A DNA stretch of 57,569 nucleotides, filler included, from Sphacelaria rigidula (Eukaryota): NCBI GenBank assembly GCA_964200075.2. It is 8 parts of 8 records of this genome, joined end to end, with 100 filler letters (N's around TTAATTAATTAA, not from the genome) between each part and the next. Parts side by side here need not be neighbours in the genome. Positions count along the whole stretch, not along the records: positions 28,837 to 35,945 come from CAXNAA020016443.1; positions 36,046 to 43,153 come from CAXNAA020016444.1; positions 43,254 to 50,361 come from CAXNAA020016445.1; 5 more parts are not named here. One strand, 5' to 3'. The notes beneath the pieces are model-generated. The model saw nothing but the letters and a program-made list of their open reading frames with translations, did not search any database and was not told the origin of the DNA. Shown one piece after another: positions 35,871 to 48,336 of this stretch. The translations under genes were made by a program, and so were the position numbers. Numbering within the stretch: the first letter of the stretch is position 1; each line of letters begins with the position of its first letter.

Positions 35871-35945
35871 GGGGGGGGCGGGGGAGGGGCATTCATGATC
35901 ATGCATGCCATATTCATATGACCATTGACCTCGCATCCCTACAAA
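35871..35945 (-). mobile_element. 3' end of the second C-tailed lineage, cut by the contig end
   Basis: G-run followed by ...catgcatgcc...gaccattgacctcgcatccctacaaa, the same core as 32113-32139. Confidence 0.75.
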
Positions 35946-36971
35946 NNNNNNNNNNNNNNNNNNNNNNNNNNNNNNNNNNNNNNNNNNNNTTAATTAATTA
36001 ANNNNNNNNNNNNNNNNNNNNNNNNNNNNNNNNNNNNNNNNNNNNAAATGGACACAATCCCGGGGAGCTGTTGATTCTCATTTCAAAATACGCTCTCATT
36101 TTTCTGGCAACCCTGTCATTAGTCTCCCTGATGTCGACCATCTATCAAATGCCTAGAATAGTTGATAGAACCCACATCAGAGAAAACTTGCAAGCTTGGA
36201 TGCTGTTAATGCCAGAACACGAAAAAATCTCTTTCAAACCTCGTTCACTTCATAGACCCTAGAATACCCAGAGAAAATTAATGTACCACTACACTCGTGC
36301 ATTTCACAACGACTTGTACTGATTGTATCCTATCAGGGAGTAACTCGGAACATAAAACCAAACTCTGTAAGCACTAAAAATATCGTGTCCAAAACTAGCG
36401 ATTGATCAGTCCACTTAATTTCGAATTACTGATCTTTGATGCAAATTTCGCTCGTCGTCCGGCTCGATAAATTCCCAAAATCGTCACAGTCATCGTCGCC
36501 CAGGCTGCGGTCGCTGTTTTCGGTTTGGTTCTTGCGGTGTCACGGTCCGGGCTTCGTCATTTTTGTGCACATCCGCCTGGGTTCGAAAGCAGTCGCCTCG
36601 CCATAGAGAGTGGCTCGCAGCACCGGGGGCAGGGCACGCGTGCGGTAGAAAATAATCGCAGAAATAAGTCGTCCGCTGTATTTCATGCAAAAATACGAAA
36701 ATTATTCGAATACACCGTGCTCCCATCATATCAAAGATGAAATTCCTCCCCTACAAACCCATGCGTCTTTCCTCGCAACGCAACAAAAAAAATGAATTTT
36801 GTGAAACATATTTCACAGTATTATGCCGTGGGTACACAGACTCTGCCCCAATGGTCGACAAGCGGAGCCCCAGCAGGGGAAGTAACTGCGCTCAACTTCC
36901 CTCGCGAAAAAGATATACACGCAAGTATCCCACGAGGTGGAGTACCAACGAAAAACAGGGAACAAAAACAA

Positions 36972-37075
36972 ATCCTGTTTTGACCCTCCTCCTGTCAGAC
37001 TCCGGCTGGTGCGCCCTCATATACCGAAAGGTGTATACTGGCATCCAGAATGGATGGGACGACTCACACACGCAG
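36972..37075 (+). mobile_element. 3' fragment of the (CA)n-tailed SINE
   Basis: Matches 19498-19600 (cctcctgt...ccggctggtgcgccc.catataccgaaaggtg.a.actggc.tcca.aat.gatgggacgac.cacacac). Confidence 0.8.
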
Positions 37076-38574
37076 TAGTACTGTATTTTGCTGGCTCGCC
37101 AGGAACTAAATCAATTCAACTGCACTCAATGTAGGTCACACAAAATCGTCAAGCTATACTATACTGTGGACCAATCATTTTGATCAACTGAGGGGAAAAC
37201 ATGGAAATTTCGAGCAGTACATTCTTGCTCAACGTGTTTTCTCTGCATGTTTGTATGCGGGGAACCATGTACGCTCCACAAATAGTATAAGCATGCTCAA
37301 CAAACAATCTGTAGAAACGGAAAAAACAAAAATCATTCATTAATCCGCATTTGCCCGCAACATGAGAAATGTACCGTTATTGTAGGACAAGATACTTCGA
37401 TCATGCGCCAACACACAGCAGACTGTAATGCAGTACAGTCTACAAAGCAGTGATCAGCCTGGAGTACAGTATACAGAAAACAGTTGAACATGAGAAATGC
37501 TACGTGAAATCATTCATAACACTTCGCAATTCCGTTTCTGTTTGCAGTCTGCGTGCTCAACGTGCTTGATCAGCGTCCAATGTCCGACAACACAAAAACA
37601 ACCGCATCTCATATCACCAGCCAATGTAATTTTGCCCTCCTGTACTGTACATCGCGGTCAGTTGAAGTCACGACTTTTAATCCATGCAGTTTGAAACACA
37701 AGTAGCTGTGCACACAAGGCAACATGTCTGTATAACGCAACATCTCTCGTCGAAGTCATCTAGAGTCAAAAATGGAAGTTAAACTACCGTAGATGACGGA
37801 ATATAACACCCCCTTCTACAGTCAAGGGGATCATATCATTCTGCAGTGGAGAAGGGAAAAACCAAAGTCTTAAAACAGATGAGAATCGAAGTAGGGCACA
37901 CATTAAACACTCCAAAATCACACTTGCGCTCCATCTCATTACAGAGCGATCAGGGCGTGACGCTGAATGAAAAAGCAAACAAACACGAGTCGAAGATATT
38001 TTTTTCAACTGGTCCTCGATCCAAACAAAAATGATGGTTTATGAAATCGAAACATCACACAGACCACTGTGTCAACTACACAATGACGGTAGATTACGGA
38101 ATATAACACGCCTACACGACGAAATATGAAATCACATCCATACCCTCGGGGTATACATGTATGAAAGATACTGCATAGCATAACAGTGATCGAAACAACA
38201 GGGGATAAAAGGGAAGGGCAATGTATTGCCAACTAAAAACAATCCAACTGTAAGCCTGCAAAATGAATCTTCGACACGTTACACGTTAGGCCAGATGTCA
38301 ATTTAGTTTGGTGTTGTATAACACCCCCAGTTCAACAGAAGAACAAGGGCATATGATACTCTAGAAAGCAGGAAAATGTGCAAACCAAATCACAAACTAG
38401 AATAGAATGACTACTTACCGTTAACAAAACATTCTTGAAGTTACCCTACTCTTTAATCCTGGTGGTTCTATCAAGATTCCATGTTCAATCGAAGGAAACA
38501 ATTAAAAGGGAAAACTTGCCTTCTTGAGCACTGCGGCTCGTGTTGAAGTAGAAGCTGGGAAGCTGATGTTGTAG

Positions 38575-38875
38575 TCTTGGACGTGGCTTGTTCATTGGCG
38601 TTCGGATGCTAGAGTTGGTGAAGCGCGTGTCGAGGGATATTACCGCTGCCGATCTTGAGTACCATGCTGCTCCGCTTAGTTCAAAAATACAAAATAAAAC
38701 ATGAATATATGCCTTGGGTTCCTCCGTCCATCTCGTATAATAGCTGAGAAGCTTTGATTTTGTTGTCCTTGATGCAGCTGCTCGCTGGCGTTTGGATGCT
38801 AGTGTTGGTGACGCGCGTGTCGGGGGGTGTTTCCGCTGCCGATCTTCGGTACCGTACTGTCCAGTTAGCTCTTGT
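38575..38875. repeat. Diverged direct duplication of a ~90-bp unit (~210-bp period)
   Basis: tggcgtt.ggatgctag.gttggtga.gcgcgtgtcg.ggg...t.ccgctgccgatctt..gtacc at ~38597 and ~38786. Confidence 0.8.
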
Positions 38876-41497
38876 GGTGCTGTGATGCTGTCCGTTGATG
38901 ATGTTGTCCTTCTTGTTGTATGTGGCGTATGCGCGTTTCGATGCCTTGTTGAAAACCCCGTTTTAACTCTCCTTTTGAATACCGTAGAGATATTTTGTAT
39001 CATTTTTGACGGTTTGAGAAAACCTTGAGGTCGCCTGGGCGAAGCGTAGCCTGATCCCCTGGAGGACTAAGGCTACGACATGTAAATCCCTGGGAGTCCG
39101 TACATGAGCCTTGACCCAGGTTTAATGCTAGCAGGATAGGAAGCCTCATGATCCGGGTGCATTGTCGCGGGAAGTTGTAGGCCTGCCGTGGTCAGTTGAG
39201 ACCAGGTATCATTCATGTAATTAACTCACCTATTTTTGCCCACTCACACACACACACATATACCGACAACACACCTCTCACTTACGCTGACTTACACACA
39301 ACCGAATGAAGTGGGGTACTCATTCCTGGGAAAAACGCTCATACAAAATGACATGTCATAATCCCAGATTTTCGGCACGCGAAAAAGCGTGTGCCGCCCC
39401 AGCAGATATGCACTGCAACTACTACATCGGGTATACCTTAAACAACAGAATGATCTCTTCTTCGTTTTTCCCCCGCATGTCATGATCCAATCTCCATATC
39501 TATTTCCCTCGTATCCAGGCAGATCCTGGAGCGTAAGTATAATCGATTAAACATACCAGTGTTTTTCATTTTCCGTATTATGGAGGCGGTGTTTTGGCAG
39601 CTCAGCCGTGAAGAGAATCCGCACCTCGCGTCAGATGATGCCATAGACTTGGAGAATATGTGGATTAGTATCAGAGGAAGGTGTCACAGTCACAGCTGCA
39701 ACAGGAGGAGAAGTCGCTGATGGCCCGGTCTGCATCGAAACTGTAGATATTCACGGTGTGTTGGACTTTCGTTTTCACCACCCTGTTGCCTGATGACGAT
39801 CATAGTGGGTACAGTTGACAGTAGAGCACGCTGACTGCAACGGATCCTGCTGGCGTCATGATCAACCTTCGCCCAGTCATGGATGAACGCTGGAAGAAAC
39901 CCAGCGAACAAACATCGTTTATGGTTCACTATATATATGAGGGTTGGGAGGTGAACGTTTCCGCTCCAAAACGGTCGACAGTCGAAGGTTAAGCTCCTGT
40001 CACGCGACCAGTGGGTTGCGCGACCGGCCCTTGCCGGCGTACCTGGTACTGGGGGCGACATCCCGGTGCAGACAGTCCCGCCACTACCGGGACGGCCGTG
40101 CAAGCAGGCTGGCAGCCGGAGTGGGCGTTGCATTGGTGTTGTTCTAGCCTTATCAACTTAGATTTTCTCCGCACACACACGCTATGCACGTGAATATTCC
40201 GACTATTGCCTCACTTGCACTTCGGCCATATGCTGTGGAGTATTTCACGATCTCACCGCCTAATATATGTGGAAATATATCATCATACTGTACACCCTGA
40301 ATAAGAGCTTTCTACAGTCAGTATACAATTTAAAAGAATTTACTGTGCACAATATAGAAGATATTGGGGACTGCAACGTGGGGAATGCTCAAAGTGCGAA
40401 CTGCGCGCATTACCACTTCAAGATAGATCAGAAATCTCCACGGTATGAAATATTTCAGCTGGCTTGCGTGCCATATCGGCTGTGTTACTATACGGCTCCG
40501 CTAAAGATACAGCCATGCATTATAGCGGCAGGGGTGGCCTTTTATTCTAGGGCAAATGCACGCTCAGCTGCCACACCGACCGTTGCACAAGATATGGCGG
40601 GGCGAGGGGTGGTACACCACCCACCACCCCTCGGTACACACAGACAGCAAGCAGTATCATACAAATATACTGTATACAAGTTTGATTTGAAATCCGTGCG
40701 CGCGGGGTGGGCCGGCATGTAGAGAACCCTGCATAACTTCGTCGTGTACTACCGGGACGGGACCTCGTTTCAGTAGCAATCGCTTACGATGTGTGCTGTG
40801 ACGAGTCTAGTGCATGATGGTGCTTTTTCCACCTCCGCACACCGCCCGTGAAGCGAGCTCTCGATGCTGGAAGCGCCTACTCCTCTTCCCGGGATGATCT
40901 CAATTCTCTGTCTCAGATAATTGAAACTGCGGAATATGACAGTAGCTCCTAAAAGGTGCATATTCTCCCTCACACACCGCCTCCATATTATGGAAAAGGA
41001 ATAACACTGATACGTACATCAGTTGCTACAGATTCGGGGGACCTCGATTTTCCACGGATCTGCGCTCAGATTCGTGTAAAACCGTTCTCAAATCGTGACA
41101 AACGAATCTGAGCTTCCCCGTTTTGGACTAAATTGGGGTCCGTACGATGCGTTTCCGGATCTGAGGTCCCCTGATCTGCGTATAGATCCGTTTTTGCGAC
41201 TGCCATACAAATTGGTCTCACGGCACGAGTTAGTTTGTTCTACATGTGTGTAGACGGTAAAGTTTGTCCCGTTCGTTCAAGGGTTCGCAATCCATACACG
41301 CTGCAGACACCACATGTATTTGTATTGAAGGTCACTTTCCGTTGGAAACGGGAGAGAAATCAACAGTGGCGTGCTCATGACCGAAGCGATGATAAAACAT
41401 GATGGAACATGCAATACACAACTGCCCGCGGTAGAGGGATAGCCACACCACGCCACAAGTCAAGTGTGTAGTGTCGATAAGTGGTGACACATGAAGA

Positions 41498-41941
41498 AAC
41501 ACGGGATCTTACAAATTGGGGATGAATCATTTATTGGGGATGAGAAACCCGGAGAATGGAAATCTTCGTATCCACACCAAATCTTCGAAATATGGTTCCA
41601 TTTTTTCACGTACTGATATCTATTGACAACTGCTACACGCCACAGAGATTTGGGTTTCGACCACCGAAGTGTTGGGGTGCTAGGTCAAAAACCAATTTCG
41701 GAACCATTTCGGCGTCCGTTCGGACACCCGGAATTCCCCCAAACTGCTTTTTCACCTGGGACCCCAACGTTTCGGTTATAGAAACCCAAATCTCTATGGC
41801 GTGTAGCAGTTGTCAAAAGCTATCAGTAGGTGAAGAAGTGGAACCATATTTCGAAGATTCGGTGTGGACGCGAAGATTTCCATTCTCCGGGTTTCTCATC
41901 CCAAATAAAAGATCCATCCCCAATTTGTAAGATCCCGTGTT
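41498..41941. mobile_element. 444-bp foldback MITE (AACACGGG...CCCGTGTT) with a 4-bp AAGA duplication
   Basis: Nearly the entire element is an imperfect inverted repeat. AAGA lies at 41494-41497 and 41942-41945. Confidence 0.9.
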
Positions 41942-43509
41942 AAGAGGAGAATGAGCGATAACGTGGGCGCAGGAAGGGCGGCCGCCGGTCAAGGTTGTAG
42001 TGAGGGGACGCACCTCCAAGCGCCGATAGCGGCGAGGGGGGCGATGGATCCTAAAAAAAACTGATGTTTGGTAAATACCACCCTCGACAGTAAAGAAAAT
42101 CGCGCTCATCTTGAGACAGTGGGGTGCAAGCCGGGAGAAGTCAGTGGGCATTGTTTGAAGTACAAATAGTCGGGGGGAAATCGGTGAGCAATCGGTGAGC
42201 AATGTGTACACACACAGCAAAAATCGGCTCCAACCGGTGAGTTGTTTCGTACTGGATTGGCGGCCTGTTTAGTCAGTGTAACATGAGTGTACGCAGTCTG
42301 AGTGGTACTGTCGCCGGCAACCAATACAGTTTTCAATGCACCCTGCACAAGATAGACGGCGCATCATATCACGCGCGCAGCACACGACACGGCATGCACA
42401 CGGACAGCGGAACGAACCACACAGACAAATAAATCACACGGATGGACGACTCACCGCCAGCAGCCTACAGTTGGTAGTACAAGATTAGCAGGCAGGCAAA
42501 CCGGCTACCGTCGGAAAATATCCTGTTATGCATGGTTTTTTGTTCCAAAGACGATTTTCAAAACACTCTCCGTTCTGTCGGATAAAAGGTGTGGGTCCTT
42601 GTTGACCGTTTATGTCGATGTACAGTCGCTCCGCTCTTATCTTGATTTTATACTGCACAAACATGTGTGTGTGTGTGTGTGTACTCTCGCCGTCGGGTGT
42701 GTACTCTCGCCGTCGGAAAAGATATTCTTTATGCGTGGGCTATTGTTCCATAAATGATTGAGGGTGCGACATCGCCCTGTTGGATTCCAGCGCTTGCTAA
42801 GAACAACACGTAACCTACGAAACGTGAGCTGCGCCGTGGAAGTACAGTGCTCTTGTCTGTGCTTTTTCGTGCATGCAAAAGGAAGCGTGACGAGAGTACC
42901 TGTGGGTGTAATAGTCGGGCTCTGTCCGCGAACAGCACATAACAGCCGATTTTAAATTTTGGGGTTCAAAACTAAAATGGGGCTGAAGTCGCATTTTTCT
43001 ATTGCAGGGAAGATACGAAAGAGTAACACAGAGCGAAAGTATCTTCCCCCCCCAAACTCCGCAAGAGGACTTGACCGTCAGACCGCGAGAGTAGGTCACC
43101 TGCTGAATCGGCGTCAATATTCACTTGGAAAAAGTACACGCGTGGTCCAGATGNNNNNNNNNNNNNNNNNNNNNNNNNNNNNNNNNNNNNNNNNNNNTTA
43201 ATTAATTAANNNNNNNNNNNNNNNNNNNNNNNNNNNNNNNNNNNNNNNNNNNNCTCTTCCGCCACCAACGGGCGATTTTCGCATCATCGATGGTTGGTTC
43301 AAGCAACGGATACAGTACTGGTCGCCACGCAAAGATTGCCAGAGACAGAACAGTAATAGCGGAGAGACTTGAGAACCATTCCCGGGGGGAAGGGGGCGTG
43401 GTCGTTGTGCCGTCCGTGAACGGCAAATGAGCGGGAGAAGAGCCGAAGGTGTGGGCACCATGGTTGGAGTTGGCGCGTAAACTCCCTTGCGCGCGATGTG
43501 CCGCATCAG

Positions 43510-43540
43510 GTACAGTTTAGAGAGCGATGGCCTAGTACAG
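43510..43540 (+). CDS. 31-nt penultimate exon of a bromodomain protein (xYSLESDGLVQ)
   Basis: catcag|G...CAG|GTACGT. It ends in phase 0, matching the next exon, and its Tyr sits where bromodomains have the Tyr preceding helix B. Confidence 0.55.
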
Positions 43541-44137
43541 GTACGTTCTCGGCCGATCGGTGGCCCAGATAAGGTATGATTGAAAAAGAATTCCTAGATC
43601 AGGTATACCTGGGCGAAATTTGGCCTACAAAAGGTAAGCGGTTTCTGAAGGCATGACGTCCGTTTTCGCGTGGCCATATCTCTCGAGTAACATGCTTTTT
43701 TCCCGTGTTTTTTCGAGAACGGGGTGCCAATGGCCCCCCCGAATGATGTGCGTGAAAAAATCGTAGCGAAAACGGTCAAAATAATGTGTTTGGCTGTTTT
43801 CGCGTTTCTGTCCGTTTTTCGTACCTTTCTTGGGCAAAAAACGAGAAGATATACTTTTTCTAGTCCATTACTCAGTTTGAAATGCAGAGGACGTCGTGAT
43901 CTTTACTGAAGCATTGTGGGTGCTATTTCGATGGCGATCGAAAATTTGATCGGCAGTGTCAACCTGGTGCTCCCTTTCGTTTTATTGAGAATGTGGGGTG
44001 ACTGTCGGTTGAATATATTGTAATCCTGGCGAACGTGGCCAATCGATCTACGGGAGAGCATGGTATACGGCCCCGGAGTGCCAAATGTTTGGAGCCTGAA
44101 GGCGCACCACCTGAGGCTGGTGCTTGGGGGCGAGGGC

Positions 44138-44215
44138 GGGGCGTGCTCATTCGTTGCTTGCTTTAGTCATCTGACCATTGATCACGCATCCCTTTTGAGA
44201 TGGAGTACCGTTCCG
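44138..44215 (-). mobile_element. Diverged copy of the C-tailed LINE 3' end (intronic)
   Basis: ggggcgtgctcattcgttgcttgctttagtcatctgaccattgatcacgcatcccttttgagatggagtaccgttcc. Confidence 0.85.
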
Positions 44216-44553
44216 AACCACACTCATACTCCGTCGTATAAAGGCAAAATGCCGTGGGAGAAGATTACGGCTCATCTATTATACCACGACCGTACTATTT
44301 TGGGTATGAGCCCTCTCATGGACCCTACGGAAGCGAGGCACCAAACTGCTCTTGCATGCACCGGCACTGAAGAACACATCCATGAGAGGAAGCTGGGAAA
44401 AGGGAGAGCAGAGAAGAAGACTAGAGAAGTGGTGAAGCCCGAAGGATTTAGGGCAGTAAAGCAGGTACAGACACAACAGAGGGCACCGCAGAACCAGCGA
44501 CGAAGGAAGCAGTTAACAATTGATAGAGGCAGACAGGATTATTCGATTGGCGG

Positions 44554-44725
44554 CTATCGACGCAGCAGCCTCTCGTTGTGACGGCGGTTCGATTCTAGTT
44601 TGTCTTCGCGTCGCCACGTGTCCTCGAACTGTTCCATTCCTCTATTGACTCCAGGATGCCATTTGTCCATGTTCTTCGCCGCAGTGACCCAACTGTATGC
44701 ATCGTTAAGCTCTACTCCGTAGACG
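44554..44725 (-). mobile_element. Probable C-terminal fragment of an RTE-like LINE ORF (intronic)
   Basis: SWVTAAKNMDKWHPGVNRGMEQFEDTWRR resembles the W..AA.....W...V..G...F ending of RTE-type ORF2 proteins (recalled pattern). Confidence 0.45.
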
Positions 44726-44947
44726 CATGTACGCACCAAACACGAGGCATCACGTGCGGGACCACGCTACCCGCGATCTCGCAAACAGATGGGGATGAAG
44801 AAAAAAAGAAGGCAAGAACATGTAACATTACCCTTCAATTGAACTTGAAACAATGTGCTCTGTGAGATTTCCTGTGAGGTCCGATAAGAGAGCGTGACTC
44901 AATCAGACTATATCATTGTTTCTTGTGGTGTTCGTCGGACTGTGCAG

Positions 44948-45148
44948 CTGGCCGAGATAGAAGCCGACTTGGAACTCATCGTCAGCAACGCCCAGAAGTT
45001 CAACAGGCCACACGACCCCGTCTTCAAATTTGCTACAGAACTCCAGGGAGTGTTTAGAAGCCAGTTGCCTGCCATAAGAAGAGCTTTGGAGGGGATGGGG
45101 GCGGGAGGTGGGGCCGATATGCAGGTTGATAAGAGGGCTAGGCGATGA
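44948..45148 (+). CDS. Terminal exon of a bromodomain-containing protein
   Basis: tgtgcag| then LAEIEADLELIVSNAQKFNRPHDPVFKFATELQGVF...RARR*. This fits bromodomain helices B and C with the conserved D..LI..NA..(F/Y)N signature. Confidence 0.85.
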   Translation: MAEIEADLELIVSNAQKFNRPHDPVFKFATELQGVFRSQLPAIRRALEGMGAGGGADMQVDKRARR

Positions 45149-45663
45149 CATTAATGCGCACCCGCTCACCGTGAATGATTCCTGGTTGTAGTAAACTCGA
45201 GGAGTTTATTTGCTGGTTGTGCTTGTTTCTCAGAACTTCCGTGGGCATTATTGAGGTATCGTTGGATGAAGTTTGCAGCAAGGGTGAGGCTGGTGTGTTT
45301 GAAGGTTGTGTTTCATCATTGAATTATGTATTTTGTTATATTGTTTCTATGCTGTCCCAAAGTTGCTACTGGGGCATGTGTTGATCGGTCGGCGCACCCG
45401 CTGTGACCTGCTGGCGGAAGTTTTTGCAATTAGTCAATTCGCGGCTTCGGAATTGAAGTACCAAGCGTTGTGCATGACACGTGGAATTATGTGCCCGCGT
45501 GCTCACGCTTTTGTTCGGCGAGGGAACGTCTCTCAGTTTGGCGTGGGGCGCGCGGGTGTTGTCATGGGAGTTTTACTGTGGTCTGTTCCCGTGTTGCCCG
45601 TTTGTTCGCGTCTGCTGTCCGTATTGTCTTCACGAACTTGTCCATGCAGGGGAAGAGCTGCTG

Positions 45664-45665
<2 letters not shown>

Positions 45666-45717
<52 letters not shown>
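45666..45717. repeat. (GT)n microsatellite
   Basis: About 26 GT units downstream of the bromodomain gene stop. Confidence 0.95.
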
Positions 45718-45719
<2 letters not shown>

Positions 45720-48336
45720 GCCGAAAAAATGTCCCTCTCAATATGTTGCTTCGTCGTTCTTTTGCGAAAATTCTTCTTCCAAATGTGAGGGCCAAGTCTT
45801 GAGCTATGTTGCTGGTCGCGCTCGACCCGAAACGCTTGCTGTGTGGCTGATTCCGCCGCTGTTGGTATCCTTGACGCGTGACCTGTGCAATCCTGACGTA
45901 GGCACGACGGAGGTATATCACTTGGTGTGGTATTTTCTTTCTTGATCCATCCGTCTCACTACACTGTACGAGCCCCTTACTAGAAGTATCTCAAACTCGA
46001 GGTTCCCGATACGGTTATCTGTAAATTACTGTGAAATATATCGGGAATCTCGAGTTTGAGATACGTCTCTTGATGGGTCCAAAAGTCATTTCTATTTATT
46101 TCCTTCCGTGATATGAGGTGTTGTGTACCGTACCGTGTCCGACAGTTCCTGGAAAAGAGCGGCACACAGTCAACGGCGAAACAAACGCGTATTCTGGTCA
46201 AGGCTCAAGCTCCGTCGACACTCAAATTAAACTCTCGAATCAAAGGGCGCCCTTTTTTTTTTTTTGGACCCACACCCCTTTGTTTACATTTGGGACCGAT
46301 TAGGGGGAGGGGGTGGTATCTGCCGTTTTAATACTAAATCCTATACAATAACAACTCAAGGACAAGTTACTTGGTTTTAGCCTGGAACCTTGGTCAGTGA
46401 CTGCTGACCGGGCATATTCCCATCAGGGCAACCATTTCTATAGAGCACAGAGCCAAGCAGAAGCAGTGAGAACACACAAACAGCCAGCGGTCTACGCCGC
46501 GCTGTGTGGGTGAATATCTACCGCCTGGTTCATTGCCTCATGATGCCCCATGTGCAATCTATTCATGAAACCTTAGTGACAAGAGACAACGTCGCCGGGG
46601 CCGAAGTGACTCAAGTGTGACTTGGCCTGACTAGAGTTCAGCACCCGAACCAGCTTGGATTGAAAAATGCGGCGAGATTGGGCAAGAACGAAAAATTGAA
46701 ACCGTCGAAAACGCGGCAGGATTGGGCGACTTTCCAAGCTCCGCGCAACCGCACAAACAGTTCTGCGGACACCTCAGGAGACCTCGAGCTCTGCAACGGA
46801 CTTTACTCATCCAAATAAATGTGTTTTCAACACTTCGTTGTGTTTGAAGTGCGTCTTGGTCCGGTCGCTTTATTTAACCTTACCTGTCCAACCCTGTTGC
46901 CACTTCTGTGCAGATAAAACACACCAACCAACCCACACTAACCTCCAACGCACCGCCAACACTGCAGCACTGCTCATTCAACCAAGTTATCCATGAAACA
47001 CACAAACAGCACCCGTATATGGCTCGTGCGCATGGTTTCGACAACGTCTTGATGAGCAACTGACGCCCTAAAGCCTGAAAAATAAGTTTCAAGTTTGACG
47101 AAAAACAATGATTTTGGGACCGATTAGGGGGTGGGTGGGGGGGGGGGGTCAAAAAAATATTTTTTTGTGCGCCCTTGCTCGAATTCACAAGAGGTCTTAC
47201 ACCAACTCTTGATGAAAATAAAATCTGCCCGATTCTGACGCCGTCATTGCTGCCGTAGTTTTGGATGGAGACAGAACAATACTCTTCGCCCGCTCGTTAT
47301 GGCAAGCAATATGAAAACATCTGGAAAAGTGCTTCGTTGGAGCTTCTGCGTCGTTCTACGCCTGTATTTCAAAGACGAGTCTACGTCTGTGACCACGGGT
47401 TCGAGAGATCGGACTGATGTGCGGAAATAATACTAATGACGATTATTATTACGCCCTGAAAGAGAGCTCGGCGGATCTTGACACTTCGGAATGGCTTGCT
47501 ATACTCGTTGAGACGGTTCCAGCATACCTGTGAGTTTTTCCGATGGCCGCAGTTTTTCCTTGCCCAAACTTGGGTTTTCATCTGAGACTGCTCATTTTTC
47601 TCGGAGACCGATCAAGTACAGTAGCTCAGGCAAACCCAGCGAAGCCCACACCATGTTCGCAAGGTCTTAACAGAAGTGACAACTACAATGCATGGGAGAG
47701 CGTGTACTTGCGCTGCTTGTGCTGCTGTACAGTCAAACACGACATTTTCCATGTTCTACGAGGTCGTAGTTCTCCGCCTCATTTTGAACGGGTCCTCAAT
47801 TCGGCCGGGCGTTCAACATCGTCGCCAAACATGACGGCGCGTTCAAATTTTTATGGGTCACTTCGCCACTTCTGTTCGAGATTGTGACGATTCTGTACGA
47901 AGAGTGACTTTTGTTACCATCCCCCGAAATTCCTCCAGAGCGGTCAATTTTTGTGCCTCCTCAGGGTTTAAACCCTCCCAGAGGAATGAACAGCCTTCAG
48001 GTGTAGTCTTTGGTTTCCTCCACCCCCCCGGAGGCTTGTTTTCGCCTGCGGAGGGCCGCGCATCCCTCCGGAGGCATTTTGCTACCCGCGAACTCCCCAG
48101 GAGGGGTGCGCGGCCCTCCAGAGTGGTGGTTGTTGGCTTCCTCCGGAGGGATTCAAGGCTTACGGAGGCTTGTTCTGCCTCGGGAGGGTCGCTCATCCCT
48201 CTGGAGGAATTTTTTCGGGGGTAGCCAAATGTCCGCGTGTGCCGCCAAATTGCGTCCACTCATGTCGCATTCTGTGGTGGAAAATAGGGCCAACGATCAA
48301 AGGCGCCACCTCACCCAAGGCGCCCCCAAAGGGCTA

